From: an uncultured Ruaniaceae bacterium
Lineage (GTDB): Bacteria; Actinomycetota; Actinomycetes; Actinomycetales; Beutenbergiaceae
Assembly: GCA_938004115.1 (NCBI GenBank)
Contig: CALKWS010000046.1
Coordinates: forward strand, 1 to 38,395
DNA length: 38,395 bases
Reading direction: 5' to 3'
This document shows, piece after piece, positions 18,881-29,200 of this stretch (positions are counted from its first letter, which is position 1; each line of letters starts with the position of its first letter). A program made the position numbers and the translations under genes. The notes under the pieces are model-generated. The model was not told the DNA's origin. It saw only the letters and a program-made list of their open reading frames with translations, and made no database searches.

Positions 18881-19025
18881 CGCGTCACCCTATCCGCTCA
18901 GGACCGGCCGTACCGGCCGGACCTTGTTGCCGCCGTCGTCCACCGCCGTCGTCGGCTGCTCCCGTCGCCGGACTGCTGCCGTCGTCGTCAAACGGTCGTC
19001 GGCCCGGCGCAGCCGCGCCATACGC

Positions 19026-20126
19026 TCAGCGGTCCACGCGGGCGCTTCCGCCGCTGGCGAGTTTGACCACTTGGTCCTTGGTCACCATCGAGGTGTCCCC
19101 GGGCGTGGTCATCGCCAGCGCGCCGTGGGCGGCGCCGTACTCCACCGCGGTCGCCAGCGGCTCACCGGTGATCAGGCCGTAGATCAACCCGGAGGCGAAG
19201 GAGTCCCCGCCGCCCACCCGGTCCAGGATCTCCAGGTTCTTCCGGTGGGTGGCCTCGGCGAAGCCCTCGTCGGCCGACCACGCGATCGCACCCCAGTCGT
19301 TGTCCGATGCGGTATGCACCGTGCGCAGGGTGTTCCCGATCACCTGGAAGTTCGGGTACGCCTTGGAGGCGGTGGCGATCATCTTCTTGAAGTTCTCGAT
19401 CTCCAGACCGGTGAGGTTCTCATCGACCCCTTCGACCTCGAACCCGAGCGAGGCGGTGAAGTCCTCCTCGTTGCCGATCATCACGTCGATGTGCGGGGCG
19501 ATGCGGGAGTTGACCTCCCGGGCCTTGTCCACCCCGCCGATGGACTTCCACAGGCTGGGCCGGTAGTTCAGGTCGTAGGAGACGATGGTGCCGTGCTGCT
19601 TCGCCGCGGTCACCGCCTCCACCACCACCTCGGCGGTGGTCTCGCTCAGTGCGGCGAAGATGCCGCCCGTGTGCAGCCACCGCACACCCAGGTCACCGAA
19701 GATGTGGTCCCAGTCGATGTCGCCGGGTGCCAGTTGGCTCGCGGCGGTGTTGGCCCGGTCGGAGACCCCGACCGCGCCGCGGACGCCGAAACCGCGTTCG
19801 GTGAAGTTCAACCCGTTCCGCGCCTGGCGGCCCAGGCCGTCGAACGGCTGCCATTTGATGAAGGACGGATCCACCCCGCCGGTGAGGATGAAGTCCTCCA
19901 CCAGCCGGCCCACCTCGTTGTCCACCAGGGCGGTGGCCACGGCCGCGCGCAGGCCGAAGGCGCGGCGCAGCCCACGGGCCACGTTGTACTCCCCGCCGCC
20001 CTCCCACACCCGGAACTGCCGGGTGGTGCGGATACGCCCCTCGCCGGGGTCCAGGCGCAGCATCACCTCGCCCAGGGAGAGGATGTCGTAGCGGGTTTCT
20101 TCGGCAGGGCGGATGTTCAGTGCCAT
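19026..20126 (-). CDS. kdgK: 2-keto-3-deoxygluconate kinase (PfkB family)
   Basis: SLGEVMLRLDP, GGGEYNVA, SYDLNYRPSLW, GNEED, DRVGGGDSF; downstream of eda. Confidence 0.9.
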   Translation of the reverse strand: MALNIRPAEETRYDILSLGEVMLRLDPGEGRIRTTRQFRVWEGGGEYNVARGLRRAFGLRAAVATALVDNEVGRLVEDFILTGGVDPSFIKWQPFDGLGRQARNGLNFTERGFGVRGAVGVSDRANTAASQLAPGDIDWDHIFGDLGVRWLHTGGIFAALSETTAEVVVEAVTAAKQHGTIVSYDLNYRPSLWKSIGGVDKAREVNSRIAPHIDVMIGNEEDFTASLGFEVEGVDENLTGLEIENFKKMIATASKAYPNFQVIGNTLRTVHTASDNDWGAIAWSADEGFAEATHRKNLEILDRVGGGDSFASGLIYGLITGEPLATAVEYGAAHGALAMTTPGDTSMVTKDQVVKLASGGSARVDR

Positions 20127-20214
20127 CGGGATCGCGGTCTCCTTGCTGATCGGGTGGTCTGGTGGTCGTGGGGAGCGGGGGCCGCCGCGGCCCGGGGCCG
20201 CGCTCCGGTGCGGG

Positions 20215-20853
20215 TCAGGGCGTCGCGGCCAGGTCCACGGCCTGGGCGGTGAGGCCGGTGATCTCGTCGAACGCGCCGGCGGCGATCTTGTCCCGGGGGA
20301 CCATCCAGGACCCGCCCACCGCATGCACGCTGGGCAGGGCGAGGTAGTCGCTCAGGTTGGACGGCCCGATCCCGCCGGTGGGCACGAAGCGCACGTCGGC
20401 GAACGGGGCGGACAGCGCCTTGATCGCCGGGGCGCCACCGGATGTCTCGGCCGGGAAGTACTTCACCGTGGTCAGCCCGGCGCCCAGGGCCGCCTGGATC
20501 TCGGTGGCGGTCACGGCGCCCGGAAGCGGCAGCACCCCGCGCTCCTGCGCGCGCTGGACCACCGGGGCGTAGAAGCCGGGGGAGACGATGTACTGCGCGC
20601 CGGCGTCGACGGCGGCATCCACCTGGTCCGGGGTGAGCACGGTCCCGGCGCCCACGAGCACGTCGCCACGGGCGGCGATGGCTTCGATCGCCGCGACCGC
20701 CGCGGCGGTGCGGAAGGTGACCTCGGCCACCGGTAGACCGCCGGCCACCAGGGCCTGGGCCAGCGGCGCGGCCGCCTCGGCGTCGTCGAGCACCACCACG
20801 GGCACCAGCCGGGCCGCGCCCAATTGCGCGAGAAGTTCAGAGGACACGGGCAC
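20215..20853 (-). CDS. eda: KDPG/KHG aldolase
   Basis: AEVTFRT, VGAGTV, IVSPG, VKYFPA, FVPTGGI, VGGSW. Confidence 0.95.
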   Translation of the reverse strand: MPVSSELLAQLGAARLVPVVVLDDAEAAAPLAQALVAGGLPVAEVTFRTAAAVAAIEAIAARGDVLVGAGTVLTPDQVDAAVDAGAQYIVSPGFYAPVVQRAQERGVLPLPGAVTATEIQAALGAGLTTVKYFPAETSGGAPAIKALSAPFADVRFVPTGGIGPSNLSDYLALPSVHAVGGSWMVPRDKIAAGAFDEITGLTAQAVDLAATP

Positions 20854-20863
20854 ACTCCGCTTC

Positions 20864-20942
20864 GCAAACGTTTACATTGCTTGTTGACCCGGCACGCTAG
20901 CACGGCCAGGATGAAGGGACAAGACCGGTTGCAAACGTTTAC
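20864..20942. promoter_or_regulatory. Overlapping divergent promoters of eda and the LacI gene, with two identical LacI-type operators
   Basis: GCAAACGTTTAC at 20864-20875 and 20931-20942; plus strand TTGACC-N17-CAGGAT (20884-20912); minus strand TTGTCC-N17-TAGCGT (20922-20894). Confidence 0.8.
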
Positions 20943-20999
20943 GAGATGCCTGGGCATCAGGGCGTCACATGGAGGCGAGATGAGCAGAGGGGAACGCCG

Positions 21000-22058
21000 G
21001 TGACCACCATCCACGACGTCGCGCGGGCTGCCGGGGTGTCCACCGCCACCGTCTCCCGTGCCCTGGCCGGATCGGCCGCCGTTGCGCCCGCCACCCGGGC
21101 ACGGGTGCACCGCACCGCCCAGCGGCTCGGTTATGTCCCGAACACCGCGGCCAGGCAACTGGTGACCGGTCGCGGCCAGTCGATCGGCCTGGTCCTGCCG
21201 GACCTGGAGAACCCCTTCTACGCCGCGGTGGCCAAAGGCGTCCAGCACCGGGTCCGCGCCGCCGGGTTCACCGCGGTGATGGCGGACACCGACGAGGACG
21301 TGGACACCGAGCGGACGGTGCTGGGTCAGTTGTCCGCCGGCATCGACCGGCTCATCCTGGCCTCCCCGCGGGTGCCCGACGGCGACGTGCAGGAACTGGC
21401 GGCCCGGGCCCGGGTGGTGCTCATCAACCGCCAGGTTCCGGCAGCGCAGACGCCGGTGGCCAGCGTGGTCCCGGACAACACCGACGGCATCGCCCAGGCG
21501 CTGCGGCACCTGTACAACCTGGGACACCGCCACGTGGGCTACGCCGGAGGACCGGCCACCTCCTGGTCCGACGCCCAGCGCCGGCGCGCCTATCAGGGCT
21601 CCTCCACGCCCGGACTTCGGGTGGTCGACCTGGGTGCCTACCGCCCCGGCCAGGAGGGCGGGGTGGCCGCCGCCGATGAGGCGATCGCCCGGGGCGTCAG
21701 CGCCGTGCTGGCATTCAACGATCAGTTGGCCATCGGCATCCTGGGCAGGCTCGCCGCCCGGGGGGTGCCGGTCCCGGAGGCGATCTCCGTGGTCGGTTTC
21801 GATGACGTTCCGGTGGCACGCCTGCTCGCCCCGGCGCTGACCACCGTGGCGGTGCCGGCCCAACGGATCGGGGCCCGTGCCGTCGACCTGCTGATGGCGG
21901 ATCCGGAACCCGGGAACGGTCCCGGCCACTCCGAGGAGGATTCCCGCCATGACGGCGATGGCGCGCCGCAGGTGGTGATGGACGTCGAACTGCGGGTGCG
22001 ATCCTCCACCGCGGAACCTGCCGCCGGCTCCGCAGCGGCCAGTAGAGTGCCGGTATGA
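21000..22058 (+). CDS. LacI family transcriptional regulator
   Basis: TIHDVARAAGVSTATVSRAL HTH, YVPNTAARQL hinge, ISVVGFDD, PALTTV. Confidence 0.95.
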   Translation: MTTIHDVARAAGVSTATVSRALAGSAAVAPATRARVHRTAQRLGYVPNTAARQLVTGRGQSIGLVLPDLENPFYAAVAKGVQHRVRAAGFTAVMADTDEDVDTERTVLGQLSAGIDRLILASPRVPDGDVQELAARARVVLINRQVPAAQTPVASVVPDNTDGIAQALRHLYNLGHRHVGYAGGPATSWSDAQRRRAYQGSSTPGLRVVDLGAYRPGQEGGVAAADEAIARGVSAVLAFNDQLAIGILGRLAARGVPVPEAISVVGFDDVPVARLLAPALTTVAVPAQRIGARAVDLLMADPEPGNGPGHSEEDSRHDGDGAPQVVMDVELRVRSSTAEPAAGSAAASRVPV

Positions 22059-22717
22059 CTGAGCAGATCCGCGTCATGATCATCGACGATCACGAGGTGG
22101 TCCGCCGGGGCCTGGCGCATCTGGTGGACCGCGCCGAGGATCTGGACGTGGTGGCCGAGGCGGCCTCGGTCGCCGAGGCCACCCGCCGGCTGGTGCTGGT
22201 GCGCCCCGACGTGCTGCTCGTGGACCTGCAACTGCCGGACGGCACCGGCATCGAGGTCATCACCGCCGCCGGGCGGCATCTGCCCGACGCCGGATGCATC
22301 GTGCTCACCAGTTTCGACGACGACGACGCGGTGGCCGCGTCCCTGGCCGCCGGCGCCAAGGCGTTCGTGCTCAAGACCGTCCGGGGGGCGGAGATCGCCG
22401 AGGTGATCCGCTCCGTGGCGGCCGGACGCACCCTCCTGGACGAGCGCACGGTGACCCGCCGCAAGGCCGATGCCGATGACCCGACGGCGGACCTGACCGT
22501 CTCGGAGAAACGCATCGTGGAACTCATCGGCGACGGACTGTCCAACCGCCAGATCGCCGAGGCCCTCGGGGTGGCGGAGAAGACGGTGAAGAACCACGTC
22601 ACCGCCATCCTGGGCAAGATGGGGCTGCAGCGACGCACGCAGGTGGCGGCCTGGGTGGCCGGCAAACGGTCCTCCGCCTGGCGTACCGGGGAGGAAACCT
22701 CCCGCACCGGGCACTGA
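22055..22717 (+). CDS. DosR/DevR-like response regulator
   Basis: IDDHEVVRRGL, DLQLPDGTGIE, LTSFDDD, SNRQIA...AEKTVKNHVTAILGKMGLQRRTQ. Confidence 0.88.
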   Translation: MTEQIRVMIIDDHEVVRRGLAHLVDRAEDLDVVAEAASVAEATRRLVLVRPDVLLVDLQLPDGTGIEVITAAGRHLPDAGCIVLTSFDDDDAVAASLAAGAKAFVLKTVRGAEIAEVIRSVAAGRTLLDERTVTRRKADADDPTADLTVSEKRIVELIGDGLSNRQIAEALGVAEKTVKNHVTAILGKMGLQRRTQVAAWVAGKRSSAWRTGEETSRTGH

Positions 22718-22759
22718 CCGGCCCGCCCGACACCGGTTCGCGGCTGCCAGGATAGGACC

Positions 22760-24160
22760 ATGAGCACACCACAAGACACCGGTCCGCACAGCGACGAGAA
22801 CCCCGGTGACGCGGCACTGCGCCGCCGGATCGCCGGCCTCATGCCCAGGGCGATCGAGGACCTGGCAGAACTCGTGACCTTCCGTTCGGTGGCCGACCCG
22901 GCCGTGGAGGACCCCGAGCAGTGCACCGCAGCCGCTCGGTGGGTCCGCGATGCGCTCACCGCCGAGGGCCTGCGCGCCGACCTCATGCCCACCCCGGACG
23001 GCTCCGAGGCGGTCATCGCCCACTACGACGGCCCGCCGGACGCACCACGGGTGCTGCTCTACGCCCACTACGACGTCCAGCCCGCCGACCCCGCCGAATG
23101 GGCCAGCGATCCATGGACCCTCACCGAACGGGACGGCCGGTACTACGCCCGCGGCGCGGCCGACTGCAAGGGCTCGGTGGTGGCGCACCTGACCGCTCTG
23201 CGGGCGCTGCGCACCGACGGGCAGTACCCGGTGTCCCTCACCGTGGTGGTGGAGGGCTCGGAGGAACAGGGCACCGGTGGTCTGGAACAACTCGTGGCCA
23301 CCCGCCCGGAACTGTTCGCCGCCGACGTTATCCTCATCCAGGACACCGGCAACGCCGCGGTCGGCGTGCCCACGCTGACCGTGGCCCTGCGCGGAGTGGT
23401 CGACGCCACGGTGACGGTCACCTCCCTGCGCACGTCGCTGCACTCCGGCGCCTTCGGCGGCGCCGCCCCGGACGCGCTCGCCGCGCTGATCTCGATCCTG
23501 GCCAGCCTGCGCGACGAGCGGGGCGACACGGTCATCGACGGTCTGCCGGCGGATGGGACGTGGCCGGGTGCGCCCTACCCGAGGGACCAGTTCGCCGCCG
23601 ACGCCGGCGTGCTCCCGGGGGTGGACGTGCTCGGCTCCGGTTCGGTGGCCGACCAGATCTGGGCCCGACCCGCCGCGACCGTCCTGGGGATCGACGCACC
23701 CCCGGTGGAGGGAGCGGTGGCGGCGATCCAGCCCCGGGCCGCAGCCCGGGTGAACCTGCGCATCCCGCCCTCGATCGGGGTGGAGGAGGCCGAGGCGGCG
23801 CTCGCGGAACATCTGCGGTCCCACGCACCGTGGGGTGTGCAGGTCGAGGTGGAGATCACCGGGCGGGGCCGGCCGTTCGCCGCCCGCACCGACACGGTCG
23901 CCTTCGAGGAACTCAGCCGGGCGCTCGCGCAGTCGTTCGGCCGGCCGACCGTCACCACCGGTCAGGGCGGGGCGATCCCGTTGACCGCTGCGCTCGCCGA
24001 CGCCCACCCGGAGGCCTCCATCGTGATGCTCGGCCTGGCCGAGCCGGAATCACGGATGCACGCCCCGGATGAGTCGGTCCACCCCGGCGAGATCGAGCAC
24101 ATCGCACTCGGGACGGCGCTGTTCATGCGCCGGCTCGGCGCCGCGGCCGGGAGCCGCTGA
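22760..24160 (+). CDS. M20/M25/M40 family metallo-dipeptidase
   Basis: LYAHYDVQP, ARGAADCKG, EGSEE, HSGAFGG, GGAIP, MHAPDES. Confidence 0.92.
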   Translation: MSTPQDTGPHSDENPGDAALRRRIAGLMPRAIEDLAELVTFRSVADPAVEDPEQCTAAARWVRDALTAEGLRADLMPTPDGSEAVIAHYDGPPDAPRVLLYAHYDVQPADPAEWASDPWTLTERDGRYYARGAADCKGSVVAHLTALRALRTDGQYPVSLTVVVEGSEEQGTGGLEQLVATRPELFAADVILIQDTGNAAVGVPTLTVALRGVVDATVTVTSLRTSLHSGAFGGAAPDALAALISILASLRDERGDTVIDGLPADGTWPGAPYPRDQFAADAGVLPGVDVLGSGSVADQIWARPAATVLGIDAPPVEGAVAAIQPRAAARVNLRIPPSIGVEEAEAALAEHLRSHAPWGVQVEVEITGRGRPFAARTDTVAFEELSRALAQSFGRPTVTTGQGGAIPLTAALADAHPEASIVMLGLAEPESRMHAPDESVHPGEIEHIALGTALFMRRLGAAAGSR

Positions 24161-24183
24161 CCCGGCTGCCTGCCCGGGCACCG

Positions 24184-25809
24184 CTAGCCCAGCCGCGCGG
24201 TCCAGGTCAGGTGCGCCCCGCCGTCGTCCCCGGTGGCCCAGGTGAACGTCCCGCCGTGGCGGCGGGCCCGCTGGGCCAGGTTCGCCAGACCCGAGGACCG
24301 CGGCGGGTCCGCGGGCAGGCCCACGCCGTCGTCCACGATGTCCACCTGGATCGCCTCGGCACCCAGCCCGACCCGCACGTGCAGCAGGGTGGCGCGGGCG
24401 TGACGAGCGGCGTTGGCCAACCCCTCGCGCACCACGGCCACCAGGTCGTCGGCCAGGTCCTCGTCGACCCGGGCATCCAGCTCGTCGGAGTGCAGCGGGG
24501 TGCCCGGTGGAATGCGCTGCAACACCAGGGACGGTGCGAACCCCAGGCCGGTGCGGGACAAGGAGACCTCCCGCTCCAGCCGGTCCACCACCCCGGCGCG
24601 CTCATCGGGTGAGCGTAATGCGTGCACGATCGACCGGATCTGGCGCACCGACTCATCCACCCCGGCCAGCGCCTCGTCCAGCACCGCGCGAAGACGCTCC
24701 TCCCGGGCCGGGATCTGCTCGCGAGCCTGCGTCAGTTGCAGACCGGAGGCGAACAACTGCTGGATCGCCAGATCGTGCAGGTCCCGGGAGATCCGCTCGC
24801 GTTCATCCAGCACCGAGGCACGGTCCTGGGCGTCACGGGCCTCGGCCAGCTGCAGCGCCAGCGCCGCCTGCCGGGCGAAGGACTCGGCGATCTGCAGGTC
24901 CGCGTCGGTGAACTCCGGTGCACGCTTGCGGCGCAGCAGGATGATCACCCCCATCACCGTCTGCCCGGCGCCCAGCGGGGCGTACAACGAGGGGCCGTAC
25001 CGGCCGAACTGCGGGACCCGGACGTTCCGGGCGCGCGCGAAGGAGTCCACGATCATGCCCGCACCGGACCGGATCACCTGCAGCGCCCGGCCGTCGGGGG
25101 GCATCACCGTGCCGAGCAGGTCCCCGTGGGAGTCGCCGTCGACGATCTCGATCACCCACTCGTTGCCCACGCCGGGCAGCACCAGTACCGCGGTGTCCGC
25201 GACCGCGATCTGCCGGGCGCGCTGGGCGATGACCGTCAACGCCTCCTCCACATCGGTGCCCTGCAACATCGCGGTGGTGATCTCCTGGCCGGCCATCACC
25301 CACTGTTCCCGGGACCGGACCGCCTGGTACAACCGGGCGTTCTGCACGGCGATCGAGGCCGCGGCCGCCAGCACCTGCACCTGGGCGGCGTCGTCGTGAT
25401 CGAACCCGCCCGGCTTCTCCGCCAGGTAGATCCGCCCGAACACGTCCTCACCGATACGCAGGGACACCCCCAGGAAGGTGTGCATCGGCGGGTGCTCCGG
25501 CGGGAAGCCGAGGAACGCCTCGTGCTGGGTCAGGTCCTCCAGGATCAGTGCACCCTCCGCCGGGATCTCGCCCAGCACCCCGTAGCCGTGCGGGGGATCG
25601 TTGGAGTCGGTGAAGTCCTGGGGCATGCCGGTGTAGAGGAACCGCTCGTTCACACCTGCGGCGCCCAGCACCCCGATCGCCGCGTAGCGCGCCCCGGTCA
25701 GCTCCGCCGCCGTCTCCACCAACGTCTGCAGCACCTCGTCCAGGTCCAGGTGGGAGGTCAGGGCCAGCACGGCTCGCAGCGTCGGTTCCATCACCCGCGT
25801 CGGTTCCAT
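24184..25809 (-). CDS. DosS/DevS-like sensor kinase with two GAF domains
   Basis: ELTGARYAAIGV, GFPPEHPPMHTFLGV, ERERISRDLHDLAIQQLFA, EGLANAARHA, DDGVG; no TM segments. Confidence 0.88.
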   Translation of the reverse strand: MEPTRVMEPTLRAVLALTSHLDLDEVLQTLVETAAELTGARYAAIGVLGAAGVNERFLYTGMPQDFTDSNDPPHGYGVLGEIPAEGALILEDLTQHEAFLGFPPEHPPMHTFLGVSLRIGEDVFGRIYLAEKPGGFDHDDAAQVQVLAAAASIAVQNARLYQAVRSREQWVMAGQEITTAMLQGTDVEEALTVIAQRARQIAVADTAVLVLPGVGNEWVIEIVDGDSHGDLLGTVMPPDGRALQVIRSGAGMIVDSFARARNVRVPQFGRYGPSLYAPLGAGQTVMGVIILLRRKRAPEFTDADLQIAESFARQAALALQLAEARDAQDRASVLDERERISRDLHDLAIQQLFASGLQLTQAREQIPAREERLRAVLDEALAGVDESVRQIRSIVHALRSPDERAGVVDRLEREVSLSRTGLGFAPSLVLQRIPPGTPLHSDELDARVDEDLADDLVAVVREGLANAARHARATLLHVRVGLGAEAIQVDIVDDGVGLPADPPRSSGLANLAQRARRHGGTFTWATGDDGGAHLTWTARLG

Positions 25810-26212
25810 GGCCCACAACGTACGCGCAAAACACGCCGGGGGAGAGTAGGGAATCACCGGGAAGCGGGTCACCTGGGCAGTGGCATCGACCCCGGGGCGG
25901 GGGTTCTGTGCGATACTCACCTTGGTGCTGCGGTGCGGACCCATACCCTCCGCAGGACCCGACGACATCGGCATAGGTAGTTTGGGGTTCGACCTCCACG
26001 CGCCGCCCACGTGGCCCGGCGCAGGATGCGGACCGACCACCCGGCACCGGCCCACATGGCGCGGATGATGACGTCGCGAGTGCCCCCCGCGAGTGATCGC
26101 GAAAGGCCCCGAAACAGACAGACTTTTCCAGAACCGGTGCCGGCCCCGGCCGGGACCACGAATAGCCTACTTGCACCAAATATGGGTGGTGCGAGGGGCC
26201 GGAGCACACCTC

Positions 26213-29200
26213 GTGAGTGACCAACCCACCAACGACGCCACAACAGAATCCACGCCCGCCGCAACGGGTCGGCGCAGACCGCGGCGGGCGACCAGACCGG
26301 TGATGACACCGGCACAGCGCGAAGCAGCCGAGCAGCAGGCCGCCCAGGAGCAAACAGACCGGGAGCAGGCCGCCGAGGACCAGCGCCAGCAGGAGCGGGC
26401 CGAGCAGGACCAGCGCCAGCAGGAGCCGGCCGAGCAGGCTGCCCCCGAGGAACGCACCGCCGAGCCGGCCGCCACGGTGCCGCCCGCGCAGGTGGGCGCC
26501 GGAGAGCAGGCGCAGGACGACGTCGAGGAGCCTGCGGAGGCGGTCGAGGACTCAGACGACACCGAGGACTCAGGCGCCGAGGACGCCGGTGACGCGAACC
26601 CCGACGAGGGCCGGCAGTCCGCCGACCCGGCCGGACCGGCCCTCGACGTCTTCGCCGCGCTGGGCATCGACCCGCAGGAGACCCAGGAGGCGGAGAGCAC
26701 CAGCACGCCGGCGGTCATCGATCTGGACATCCCCGAACGTGACCGCAAGGACCCCCAGGGCCGCGGCACGCAGACCAGGTCCCGCGACCAGGACGAGGCA
26801 CCGGCGCAGGACGAGGAGCCCGAGGAGCCCAAGCGAGGAAGGTCCCGCTCCCGGAGGGCCCGTCCCGCGTCCGACGCGGCGTCGCCCGACCGGACGCCGC
26901 CGTCCGAGGAGTCCGCGGCGCAGGAGCGGGCCGGCGACGACGACAACGAGCAGGACGAGGACGCCGAGAGTCCGCGGCTGCCCGCGACCGCTCTGCTGTT
27001 CCAGGCCCCGGACCCGACCCGGGCTCGCCGGCCCCGCCGGGCGGCTGCACCGGCCGGTCCGCCGGTCGGCGGCAACGGCCCGGACGGGAGTGCCGAGGAC
27101 TCCGCGACGGAGGGGTCCTCCGCCGATCGTGACGAGTCGGATGCCACCGCCGGGACCACCGCCGACTCGGCCAGCGACGACGCCGGGCGCATGCCGGACG
27201 CCGACACCGGCTCCGATGACGGAAGCGAGGGCGCCGAGGACGAGGACGGCCAGGGATCGAAGCGCCGCCGCCGTCGTCGCGGTGGGCGGGGACGGCGCCG
27301 CGGGGGCGGTAAGCGCAACGGCCAGGGGGAGGAGTCCGCATCGGAGGGCGCCGGGAAGTCCGAGAGCGGTCGAGGGACCGATGACCAGGCGAGCGAGTCC
27401 GACGGCGAGTCCGCGGCGGCGAAGAAGTCCTCCGGCGACGGCGACAGCGCCGACAACGGCGACAACGGCGATAACGGTTCCAACGGCGGCGGGTCCTCCC
27501 GGCGGCGTCGGCGCCGGCGCGGTTCGCGCGGCTCGGACGACAGCAGCCGGGACGAGGTCACCGCGCTGAAGGGCTCCACCCGCCTGGAGGCCAAGCGGCA
27601 ACGCCGCCGGGACGGACGCGATTCCCAGCGGCGGCGCGCCATCATCACCGAGGCCGAGTTCCTCGCCCGGCGCGAGTCGGTCAAACGGGACATGGTGGTG
27701 CGCGAGCGCAACGGCCGCACCCAGGTCGCGGTGCTGGAGGACGAGATCCTCGTGGAGCACTACGTGGCCCGCAAATCCCAGACCTCGATGGTGGGCAACG
27801 TGCACCTGGGCCGGGTGCAGAACGTGCTGCCGTCGATGGAGGCCGCGTTCATCGACATCGGCAAGGGCCGCAACGCCGTGCTGTACGCCGGCGAGGTGAA
27901 CTGGGACGCCGCCGGGCTGGAGGGCCAGCCGCGCCGGATCGAACAGGCACTGGCTCCCGGTGACACCGTCCTGGTTCAGGTGACCAAGGACCCGATGGGC
28001 CACAAGGGTGCCCGGCTGACCTCCCAGATCACCCTCGCCGGGCGCTACCTGGTGCTGGTGCCCTCCGGGGCGATGACCGGCATCTCCCGGAAGTTGCCGG
28101 ACACCGAACGCAACCGGCTGAAGAAGTTGCTCAAGGACATCGTCCCCGACGGCCAGGGCGTGATCGTACGCACCGCGGCCGAGGGAGCCACCGAGGAGGA
28201 GCTGCGCCGGGACGTGGAGCGGCTCACCCGGCAGTGGGCGGACATCCAGAAGAAGGCCAACCGCAAGTCGGTCAGCGCCCCCACCCTGTTGAAGGGCGAG
28301 CCGGAACTGGCCGTGCGCGTGGTGCGCGATGTGTTCAACGAGGACTTCAGTTCGCTGACCATCTCCGGCGAGGAGGCCTGGAAGACGATCTCCGAGTACG
28401 TCGAGGCGGTCGCCCCGGACCTGCGTGATCGGGTGTACCACTGGACGGAGAAGAAGGACCTGTTCAGCGAACTGCGGATCGATGAACAGATCGCCAAGGC
28501 CCTGGACCGCAAGGTCTGGCTGCCCTCCGGCGGCTCGCTGGTGATCGACCGCACCGAGGCGATGACGGTGGTGGACGTCAACACCGGGAAATTCACCGGC
28601 ACCGGAGGCACGCTGGAGGAGACGGTCACCCGCAACAACCTCGAGGCCGCCGAGGAGATCGTGCGCCAACTGCGGTTGCGCGATATCGGCGGGATCATCG
28701 TGATCGACTTCATCGACATGGTGCTGGAGGCCAACCGGGACCTGGTGCTGCGCCGCCTGGTGGAGTGCCTGGGCCGCGACCGCACCCGTCACCAGGTGGC
28801 CGAGGTGACGTCGCTCGGCCTGGTCCAGATGACGCGTAAACGCATCGGGCAGGGGCTGCTGGAAGCATTCAGCGAGAACTGCGAGCACTGCAACGGCCGC
28901 GGCTACCTGGTGCACACCGAACCGCTGGAGAGCGATGACCGCGGCAAGCGCGGCGGTAAGTCGAAGGGCGGTGGGCGCACCGAACCGGAGCAGGACGAGG
29001 CGCAACGGGCCCAGGTGCGGGCCGCGCTGGCGAACATCGCCGCGGCGGCGGCCAATGCCCATGCCGAACAGGACGCCAAGGACGCCCGCAGCGCCCAGTC
29101 CGGGCCGGAGTCCTCCGATGCGCAGACAGATCCGGACGGCGGCGCCGACAAGCCCGCAGCGACCTCCGGCGGCGCTGAGCGACAGGAGGAGAAGGCCGAC

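Noticed and set aside
18900-19025. CCGCCGTCGTC-like repeats between kdgK and DUF368
   Set aside because: Low-complexity GTC/GCC-rich sequence without regular period or a convincing ORF.
22700-26100. DosR-box palindromes near the DosR/DosS-like genes
   Set aside because: I found no convincing GGGACnnnnGTCCC-type site by eye; a PWM scan would be needed.
27260-27530. Poly-Arg tracts and short repeats in the rne N-terminus
   Set aside because: Arg-rich and acidic disordered segments are normal for actinobacterial RNase E.
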